A DNA stretch of 59,550 bases from the NCBI GenBank assembly GCA_011523395.1, contig WTGW01000006.1, positions 1-59,550 of the forward strand, read 5' to 3'. This DNA comes from Acidimicrobiia bacterium (lineage in GTDB: Bacteria > Actinomycetota > Acidimicrobiia > Spongiisociales > Spongiisociaceae). The translations under genes were made by a program, and so were the position numbers. The notes under the pieces were generated by a model that was given only the letters and a program-made list of their open reading frames with translations, did no database searches and had not been told where the DNA came from. Shown piece after piece: positions 53,201 through 59,550 of this stretch. Numbering within the stretch: position 1 is the first letter of the stretch; each line of letters opens with the position of its first letter.

Positions 53201-53665
53201 CAACGCCTGAGAGCCTTCCTCCAGATGGTCTTCCTGTCCGCGCTGGACCCGCACCACTCCTGGCAGGGGCTGCTGATCGGCCGCCACCTGCGGGGCCAAA
53301 AGCTCCGGAGCGTGAGGATCGGACCCATCCGCGGCGACGCGGAGCGCCGCCGGGACCAGGCGGAGCGTTTGCTGTCGGGCCTCGTCGACCTGTACGTCGA
53401 AGGCCTCATCACCCCCATCCCGTTGCCCTGCGAAACGGCCTTCAACTGGCAGATGAAGGTGGGCGGAGACCTCGGGAGCGCCCGCAAACAGGCCCAGAAC
53501 GCGTGGGAGACGGACCGCTTCTCCCCGGAGGCCAAGGATCCGGCCAACGAGTTCCTGCTCCGCGACCTGGGGACGATGGCCGCCCTGGAGCGGAGTTCCT
53601 TCCCTGACTACGCCCGGAGGCTGTGGGGGCCGATCCTCCCGCTGCTGGTGGAGAAGTCGCTATGA
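50276..53665 (+). CDS. recC: Exodeoxyribonuclease V gamma subunit
   Basis: RWLTQRIA, RQVEVLRDAIL, CTLVPMRSVPYRVVCLLG, HPLQPF. Confidence 0.95.
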   Translation: MALLIHVGSHPDELVGGLCEMLASPPDDPFVQEVVAVPTRGIERWLTQRIASELADRTSGDGVCANVEFPSPRRLVREVLRAVPELASALDAWEGPALTRTLVSVVDDHLDEPWMWLLARFIDAPNAVGTLGNSQRLRAARKISGLFTRYARRRPEMVRAWMEGEDVGPDGGALPEADAWQARLWRLVRARIGIPGLAELIPSALEPVRSGALDLDLPERIFVYGLTSVDPMDVEVFEALAATRDVHLHLLHPSPVLWRDTAVLAGRDGVDAGSARGSDPSAHLPRHPLLRSWAQESRELQLVLASRSYTGEPSGGRSGTAAATLLGRLQQDIRSNILPTRQTAAIDAAGDEDRSVQIHVCYGARRQVEVLRDAILHMLAADSTLEPRDVVIMTPDLGTFAPLLEAVFLGKAAGGDPDAGGDLDAGGDSLPDLRLRIADRAPAATNPLVRFAATVLDLACDRLEAGTVRELVAMPVVRRLFGFDEETADAIATVIEDTNVRWGLDADHRARWNAGRVGDHTWRRGLDRALSGVFYADSSVRVVGAIAPLYGAEGQEALPIGLLAQIMDRIVTVRELLGGPRPYSEWGPAIAAAVRLLAAPAWDDQWQWGQLERLLEESFPGVEAGGDDPLLEPAEARLVVDYWSEDVPSPLHFRTGDITVCTLVPMRSVPYRVVCLLGMDDRRFPRSSRADGDDLLVDNEIIGDSDRGAEDRQLLLDAVMAAGDHLVVTYSGRDPLTNAEYPPAVPIAELADLLSAMAGEAGLESLRTHHPLQPFSETNFVPGSLGVPGPWGFDPMQFQGSLAVQHRTGGEAPHLLLPAPEDDVFTEIRLADLGRFLEHPAREFIRTRLGFMIPRQGEIPDDTVPTELGPLEEWKVTDRFLAGLLSGHPIELLEAHQRAGDNLPPGDLGRAGLDRARQRAVELWEAATGVGYDPERHEQFAGAVRVGGRTVEGVTTADPGASRVDMVTPSRLKGKQRLRAFLQMVFLSALDPHHSWQGLLIGRHLRGQKLRSVRIGPIRGDAERRRDQAERLLSGLVDLYVEGLITPIPLPCETAFNWQMKVGGDLGSARKQAQNAWETDRFSPEAKDPANEFLLRDLGTMAALERSSFPDYARRLWGPILPLLVEKSL
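51512..51558 (+). repeat. In-frame 18-bp tandem repeat (about 2.6 copies) inside recC
   Basis: gccggtggggaccccgat gccggtggggacctcgat gccggcgggga, encoding AGGDPD AGGDLD AGGD. Confidence 0.8.
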
Positions 53666-56600
53666 CCGAGGTCGGTCGCTACGACCCCCACGCGCCCATC
53701 GCCGGGGGCCGCACGGTGATCGAGGCGAGCGCCGGTACCGGCAAGACGTTCACGATCGCGGCCGTGGTCACCCGCCTGGTGGCCGAGGAGGGGCTTCCGC
53801 TCGAGCGCATCCTCGTGGTCACCTTCACCCGGGCCGCCACCGCCGAGCTCAAGGACCGGGTCAGGCGGCGCATGGTCACCACCCTCAGTGCTCTCCGCGG
53901 TTCACATGTCGGGCCGGTTGATGACCACGTCAGCGTCCTGCTCGGCGCCGACCCCGACCGGCAGGGTGAGTACTCGGAACGGCTCGAGGAGGCTCTGACC
54001 CACTTCGACCGCGCCCAGATCTTCACCATCCACGGTTTCGCGCTCCGGTTGCTGGAGAAGCTCGGGTTCCGGTCACGGCTCTCCGGTGACATGGAGCCCC
54101 GTGAGATAGACGAACTGCTCTTGCGCCGGGCAGCCAGCGACCTGGTGGTGGGTCGTTTCGCGGCTCCCCGGCCGGATGAGAGATTCGAGCAGGTCACCCA
54201 GGAGCACCTGGCCCAGATCGGAAAGGTCGTGGTGACTGTCCCGGATGCCCGGATCACTCCTGAGCCTGCCTCCGTGGACGGACTGGCCAGAGTCCGGGCG
54301 GAGATGGCCCGGGAGATGAAGTCGGTGCTGTCCCGGCGGCTTTGGGCGGAAGGCATGGTCACCTTCGATGACACCCTGGTGGAGGCCCGCGACGCGCTGA
54401 ACGAGGAGCGGGTCGGCGCCGGTGCCCGCGATCTGCTGGGAAGGCGCTACTCCGTCGCCCTGGTCGACGAGGCCCAGGACACGGACCCCATCCAGTGGCA
54501 GATCCTCAGGGCGGTGTTCGACGAGTCCCGGCTGGTAGTGATCGGCGACCCGAAGCAGTCGATCTACGCCTTCCGGGGCGCCGACATCGAGTCCTACCTC
54601 TCGGCCGTCGACGATCCCGCCGGCCACCGCACCCTGGCCACCAACTGGCGCAGCGACGGCCCGCTGATCGACGCGCTCGACGCGTTGCTGGCGGGCGCCA
54701 CCTTCGGAGACGAACGCATCGGCTACCGGCGGGTGCAGGCATCCGACCGGAACCGGACCGCCCGGATCCGGGGCGTCCGCGGAGCCCTGGAGATCCGCCG
54801 TTTCTCCGACGACTTCCCGCTGCCCCGCCAGCAATTCAGACCGTTCTTCTACGTGAGGGAAGCTCGGGAGGCGGTCGCCTCGGACGTGGCCGCGGAGGTG
54901 GTCCGGCTCCTTGAGAACAGGGTTTTCTTGACGGCTGACGACGGTAAGGAACGACGGGTGGCCCCGGGGGACATCGCGGTGCTGTGCCGGACCGGGCGGC
55001 AGGTCGGAACGATCCGGGACGCCCTCGCGGCCGCGAGCGTGCCGTCGGTGGTGGCCCGGACCGGGAGCGTGTTCGCCACACAGGCGGCCGAGCATTGGCG
55101 CCGGTTCCTCCTAGCGATCGAACGGCCCAGCCGGTCGGACTATCTGCGCCTGGCGGCCACCACCCCCCTCGTCGGTATGGACCTTCCCGAGGTAGCGGGT
55201 CTGGAAGGGGACACGATCCTCGACCTGCAGCAACACTTCCTGCGCTGGCAGGGCCTGCTCCACGACCGCGGGGTGCCGGCCATGTTCGCCGACATCGACC
55301 GGACGACCGGTCTCACGGCCCGGATACTCTCCGGCTTCGAGGGCGAGAGGGAACTGACCGACCTCAACCATATCGCCGAGGAGATGCATGCCGCCTGGCG
55401 GAGGGGTCGGATCGGTTCATTGGTGGTGTGGATCGAGGTCGCCATGGACGAAGCCGCCCGAAACGCCGAGGCGAACGTCGAGGACGTGGAGTCCCGCCAG
55501 CGCCGGTTGGACACCGATGCGGCGGCGGTGCAGGTCCTGACGGTGCATGCCGCCAAGGGTCTGGAGTACCCCGTGGTGATGGCCCCTTACCTGTGGGACA
55601 TCCCCCGGATCACGCCCGCGATACCCGTCTTCCACGATCCCGAGCCTGCTCCGGAGGGGGAACCCCGGCGCCGTGTCATCGACGTCGGCGGTCCCACCTC
55701 TCCCGGCTTCAAGTCCCACCGGGAGGCAGCGATGGACGAGGACGCCGCCGAGGAGGGCCGGTTGCTGTACGTGGCGCTCACCAGGGCCAAGCACCGCCTG
55801 GTGGTGTGGTGGATCGAGAACACCATGAACTCGGCCAAGACCAAGCTCCACCAGATCCTGAGCCGCGGGCGTGACCCTGAGAGAGAGATCGAGCGGCTCG
55901 TAGAGGTCTCCGGGGGGACCATCAGCCAGACCATCCTGAGCAGGCCCCAGCCGACGGTGCCGTACACGGGGGAGCGGCGGACTCCCGGCCGCCTCGAACG
56001 GGCCCGCCTCGATCGTTCCCTCGACTACTTCTGGCGGCGGGTCTCCTTCACCTCCTTGTCGCCGGACCGTCCCCTGGGCGGGGAGACGGACACCACGGAC
56101 GAACCGGACCGGGTCGATGAACCGGCGGAGGCCGGCGAGCCGGGTGGCGCCGGCGGCGGGCTGTTGATGGGTGATCTCCCTCGGGGCCCCCGGTTCGGGT
56201 CGCTGGTGCACCGGGTCTTCCAGAACGTGCCCTTCGACTCTCCCGATCTATCCGGGGCGATCGGCGCCGAACTGGTCGGGCTCACCCGGCACGCTTCCTG
56301 GGACTTCGAGACGGATGCCTTCGTTCGAGGGATGACTGCGGCGATGCGAACACCCCTCGGACCCGGAGACGACGCCCTGTCCGTGCGGGACCTGGATCCG
56401 GGGCGGACCCTCAAGGAGGTGAGCTTCGAGTTGCCGCTCCGTACTTCCGCGTCGACCACCTCCCTGCGTGACATCGCAGCGGTCGTGCTCGAGTGCCTGG
56501 GCGAAGACGATCCCCACCGCGGCTATTTCTCGCGGCTGGGGGACCTGGAGCCTCATCGGTTCCGCGGTTTCCTGACCGGGGAGATCGACCTGGTCACCGT

Positions 56601-56964
56601 GCTTCCGGGCCGCCGCGGCGACCGCTACGTGGTGATGGACTTCAAGTCCAACACGCTTCCGGCCGCAGGAGAGCTGCCCGCCGCCACCGACTACGGGCCC
56701 GGCCCGCTCGTTGCCTCCATGCACCACGGCAACTACGTGCTCCAGGCCTTGCTGTACCAGGTGGCTCTCCACCGATACCTCGAGTGGCGCCTCCCCGGCT
56801 ACCGTCCGTCCGTCCACCTCGGCGGTTCCATGTACCTGTTCGTGAGGGGCATGATCGGTCCCGACACCCCGGTCATGGACGGGGAGCGGTGCGGGGTGGC
56901 GCGCTGGTTCCCGCCCCCGGAGGCAGTGGTGGCTGTGAGCGATCTCTTCGCAGGGCGTCGATGA
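53662..56964 (+). CDS. recB: Exodeoxyribonuclease V beta subunit
   Basis: EASAGTGKT, DEAQDTD, GDPKQSIYAFRGAD, HAAKGLE, YVALTRA, nuclease GEIDL..DFKSN; ATGA overlap with recC. Confidence 0.95.
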   Translation: MTEVGRYDPHAPIAGGRTVIEASAGTGKTFTIAAVVTRLVAEEGLPLERILVVTFTRAATAELKDRVRRRMVTTLSALRGSHVGPVDDHVSVLLGADPDRQGEYSERLEEALTHFDRAQIFTIHGFALRLLEKLGFRSRLSGDMEPREIDELLLRRAASDLVVGRFAAPRPDERFEQVTQEHLAQIGKVVVTVPDARITPEPASVDGLARVRAEMAREMKSVLSRRLWAEGMVTFDDTLVEARDALNEERVGAGARDLLGRRYSVALVDEAQDTDPIQWQILRAVFDESRLVVIGDPKQSIYAFRGADIESYLSAVDDPAGHRTLATNWRSDGPLIDALDALLAGATFGDERIGYRRVQASDRNRTARIRGVRGALEIRRFSDDFPLPRQQFRPFFYVREAREAVASDVAAEVVRLLENRVFLTADDGKERRVAPGDIAVLCRTGRQVGTIRDALAAASVPSVVARTGSVFATQAAEHWRRFLLAIERPSRSDYLRLAATTPLVGMDLPEVAGLEGDTILDLQQHFLRWQGLLHDRGVPAMFADIDRTTGLTARILSGFEGERELTDLNHIAEEMHAAWRRGRIGSLVVWIEVAMDEAARNAEANVEDVESRQRRLDTDAAAVQVLTVHAAKGLEYPVVMAPYLWDIPRITPAIPVFHDPEPAPEGEPRRRVIDVGGPTSPGFKSHREAAMDEDAAEEGRLLYVALTRAKHRLVVWWIENTMNSAKTKLHQILSRGRDPEREIERLVEVSGGTISQTILSRPQPTVPYTGERRTPGRLERARLDRSLDYFWRRVSFTSLSPDRPLGGETDTTDEPDRVDEPAEAGEPGGAGGGLLMGDLPRGPRFGSLVHRVFQNVPFDSPDLSGAIGAELVGLTRHASWDFETDAFVRGMTAAMRTPLGPGDDALSVRDLDPGRTLKEVSFELPLRTSASTTSLRDIAAVVLECLGEDDPHRGYFSRLGDLEPHRFRGFLTGEIDLVTVLPGRRGDRYVVMDFKSNTLPAAGELPAATDYGPGPLVASMHHGNYVLQALLYQVALHRYLEWRLPGYRPSVHLGGSMYLFVRGMIGPDTPVMDGERCGVARWFPPPEAVVAVSDLFAGRR

Positions 56965-58808
56965 TGGTTGCCACGGAACGGATCGAAGCCGCTGTCGGAG
57001 AACCGCGAGCGGTGGTCGGCGCGTCCGGCTTGCTGGCGGCCTTCAACGACGGGGGAGCGCTGTCGCCGCTGGAGGTCCACGCCGCGTCGGTGATAGCCCG
57101 GTTGTGGCACGAAACCGACCAGGCGGTGATGCTGGCGGCCGCCCTGGCCGTTCGGGGCACCCGCTTCGGGCACGTATGCATCCGTCTCGATACCCAGCGG
57201 GAAGCGATGGTGATCGAGGGCCAGCCTCCGGAGGTGGTGGAGGCGCTTCCCTGGCCGGATCCGGAGGAGTGGATGGCGGCGGTGTCGGGCAGCGCGATGG
57301 TCGGCGACGGCAGGGGAGAGGAGCCTCTCGTGCTGGACGGCGATCGCCTCTACCTAGAGCGTTACTTCCGGCACGAGGAGCGGGTCGTCAACCTGGTCGG
57401 AACCCGCACGGCCGCGCCCCGGGCCACCCTCTCTCCGGAGTCCCGGACGGTCCTGGACGAGTTGCTTCCCCCTGTCTGGGACGGCAGGCCGAACCTTCAG
57501 CATGCCGCCGCCGTCAATGCTCTGACCGGGAAGCTGACCGTGGTCGCCGGCGGTCCCGGCACCGGCAAGACGTACACGGTGGCGAGGATGCTGGCCGCCC
57601 TGGCCCGAACCTCCGCAGACTTCCCGAGGGTGGCGCTGTGCGCTCCTACCGGGAAGGCGGCCGCCCGGCTGGGGGAGGTCATCGACGATCTGGCAGCCGA
57701 GGCGGAGCACCCGATCGTCCGGGAGAGGCTGGAGACTCTGCAGACGGGCACCATCCACCGGCTGCTCGGCTGGGCGTGGGGCCGGGGCCGGTTCGCCCAC
57801 CACGAGCGGAACCGGCTTCCCCACGACATCGTGGTCGTGGACGAGATGTCGATGGTCTCGCTGCCGCTGGCCGCCAAGCTGGTAGCCGCGGTGCGGGCCG
57901 ACGCCACCCTGGTGCTGGTCGGGGATCCGTACCAGTTGGAGTCGATCGAGGCCGGAACGGTCCTGGCCGACATAGTGGGTCCCGCCGCCCGGTCGCTCGA
58001 TCCGGCACAGCGGCGTCCCGCTCCGGGCGAGCCCGAGATCGCCGGCTGTGTGGTGGTGCTGGAGCGGGTGCACCGCTTCGAGGAGCAAGGTCCGATCGCC
58101 GATTTCGCCGACGCGGTCCGGGACGCTGATCCGGACCGGGCGATAGATTTGCTCGACCGGGGAGTAGATGGTCTTGACTGGGTGAGGGATCGGACCGAGG
58201 CCGGCTTCCGGAGGCTCCGAGACCGGGTCACCGAGCACCGCGCCCGGTTGGTGCGGGCGGCATCGCAGCCGGGCAACGAGGAGGAGGCGCTGGCCCGCCT
58301 GAACGGGATGGCGGTGCTGTGCGCCAATCGCGACGGTCCCGGCAGCGTCGAGCAGTGGAGGCGCGACATAGAGGACGCCCTCGACGAGAGGTTCCCCGGG
58401 CTCCGGTACCGAGGCGAGTGGTACCCCGGGCGGCCGCTGATGATCACCAAGAACGACTACAACCTGGGCCTCTACAACGGGGACATCGGCGTGGTGGTCC
58501 GGGCCGGCCAGGACACGAGCGTCCTGTTCGACCGGGGCGGCGTCCGCTCCTTCCCGCCCGGCTACCTGGGGGAGCACAGCACGGTCCACGCCCTGACCAT
58601 CCACAAGAGCCAGGGCTCCCAGTTCGACGAGGTGGTCGTCTCGCTCCCGGTGGAGTCCTCGCGGTTGCTGACCCGCGAGCTTCTCTACACCGCCGTGACC
58701 CGGGCCTCCAAGAGCGTGACAGTCGTCGGTCCCGAATCCGCCATCCGCCTGGGCATCGAACGCTCGGTCCAGCGCGCCTCCGGCCTAAGGTCAAGGCTAT
58801 GGGGATGA
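56961..58808 (+). CDS. recD: Exodeoxyribonuclease V alpha subunit
   Basis: LYLERY, GGPGTGKT, APTGKAAARL, HKSQGSQF, ELLYTAVTRA; ATGA overlap with recB. Confidence 0.95.
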   Translation: MMVATERIEAAVGEPRAVVGASGLLAAFNDGGALSPLEVHAASVIARLWHETDQAVMLAAALAVRGTRFGHVCIRLDTQREAMVIEGQPPEVVEALPWPDPEEWMAAVSGSAMVGDGRGEEPLVLDGDRLYLERYFRHEERVVNLVGTRTAAPRATLSPESRTVLDELLPPVWDGRPNLQHAAAVNALTGKLTVVAGGPGTGKTYTVARMLAALARTSADFPRVALCAPTGKAAARLGEVIDDLAAEAEHPIVRERLETLQTGTIHRLLGWAWGRGRFAHHERNRLPHDIVVVDEMSMVSLPLAAKLVAAVRADATLVLVGDPYQLESIEAGTVLADIVGPAARSLDPAQRRPAPGEPEIAGCVVVLERVHRFEEQGPIADFADAVRDADPDRAIDLLDRGVDGLDWVRDRTEAGFRRLRDRVTEHRARLVRAASQPGNEEEALARLNGMAVLCANRDGPGSVEQWRRDIEDALDERFPGLRYRGEWYPGRPLMITKNDYNLGLYNGDIGVVVRAGQDTSVLFDRGGVRSFPPGYLGEHSTVHALTIHKSQGSQFDEVVVSLPVESSRLLTRELLYTAVTRASKSVTVVGPESAIRLGIERSVQRASGLRSRLWG

Positions 58809-58978
58809 AAGTGCCGGTTCAGGAGGATTCCGAGGAGGTGACGGCGCGTCTTGACGCCGTGTACTCCGACGAGCCCTCGGAGATTGACGACGAGTTGCTC
58901 GAGGCGCAGTGGAGAGCGTTGACCGCTGATGATCCGCCGGGGGCTCCGCCTATTCCCCGTTTGGCCTCTCGAGGCTGA
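58805..58978 (+). pseudogene. Relic of a ChpI/MazE-like antitoxin C-terminus with an overlapping MIRRG toxin-like start
   Basis: VTARLDAVYSDEPSEID..L..AQ.RAL; ATG ATC CGC CGG GGG at 58929 resembles MazF/PemK starts. Confidence 0.45.
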
Positions 58979-59008
58979 ACCCGGGTTCAACCCCCTGGAT
59001 GGCCGATG

Positions 59009-59218
59009 TCATCGGGGAACGTTGAGGATGATCGTGACGGCTATCCCGAAGGCGGCGATGATCACGGCCGTGGCCCGCCACACCAGGGCGGTGGTCTCTT
59101 TGTGAATGGTCAGTAGGGCTTGGGCGATGTCGGTCCGTACTTCTGCCTGCCTTGCCTCGTCCTTGGCGTCGACGAGCGGCTCGGTGACCCGTGCGGTGTC
59201 CACAGCAGTCATTCTCAT
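59009..59218 (-). CDS. Small coiled-coil protein with C-terminal TM anchor (DUF1640-like architecture)
   Basis: 69 aa, GAAAGGG RBS, AT-rich upstream region, hydrophobic C-terminus. Confidence 0.5.
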   Translation of the reverse strand: MRMTAVDTARVTEPLVDAKDEARQAEVRTDIAQALLTIHKETTALVWRATAVIIAAFGIAVTIILNVPR

Positions 59219-59336
59219 CTGCCCTTTCTCATAAATAACAAATTATTGGCATTTTTCGCGACCTCGCCTCGCCACCGGACTGTTCGACCCGCCGCGACCT
59301 GGCCGGTCCGGCGGACCTCGCCGATAGCATCGAACG

Positions 59337-59550
59337 ATGGCAGACAGCCCGGGACCGCCGGTAGTAGTCGGGCTCGATCCGGAGGCGAATCCCCGGCGGC
59401 GGCTCCACGACCTCGACGCTCTGCGAGGGTTCGCCATGCTGCTGGGCATCGGCCTGCACGCTTCGCTGGCATTCTTCCCGGCACCGTGGTGGGTGCAGGA
59501 CCGCACTTCCGGCTTCGACGGGCTGTTCGACGAGTTCCTGTGGGCGGTCC
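59337..59550 (+). CDS. Acyltransferase family 3 (OpgC/MdoC-like), 3'-truncated by the window edge
   Basis: RLHDLDALRGFAMLLGIGLH motif; not in the ORF track because it has no stop in the window. Confidence 0.85.
   Translation, partial: MADSPGPPVVVGLDPEANPRRRLHDLDALRGFAMLLGIGLHASLAFFPAPWWVQDRTSGFDGLFDEFLWAV

Overview
This is a GC-rich actinobacterial chromosomal window; Acidimicrobiia-like is my inference from the bS22, PAC2, mycothiol-type isomerase and actinobacterial atp/recBCD genes. Bases 1-33.3 kb are mostly housekeeping: a Cu P1B-ATPase, thrB, tRNA-Gly(CCC), dcd, purB, a TPP-riboswitch-controlled thiB-thiP-thiQ-thiD operon, fdhD, moaB, surE, a Rieske oxygenase pair, glyA and the full F1F0 ATP synthase operon. 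Between atpC and recC (about 33.35-50.27 kb) lies an integrase-less defence/toxin-antitoxin (TA) hotspot. It holds a coupled four-gene operon (PLD-SNF2 helicase, type-ISP-like N6A methyltransferase, GNAT-PIN-ASCH-like protein, ASCH protein), a DUF5343-like/Swt1-HEPN pair, a DUF488 gene, orphan antitoxins with toxin stubs, an IS3 relic and an intact NYN RNase. recC-recB-recD follows. The most striking signals are non-coding. (i) A promoter plus two-hairpin plus terminator small-RNA-like unit lies directly behind the NYN RNase gene. (ii) Two near-identical ~45-nt hairpins each precede a decayed Abi/HEPN-like ORF stub and bracket the helicase-methyltransferase block. Both are candidate RNA-antitoxin systems. 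Also present are a synonymously recoded atpC relic, a ThiQ fused to an unknown ~250-aa domain, a CTAG-ended MITE and a perfect 26-bp operator-like palindrome. All family calls come from motif recognition by eye; no searches were run.
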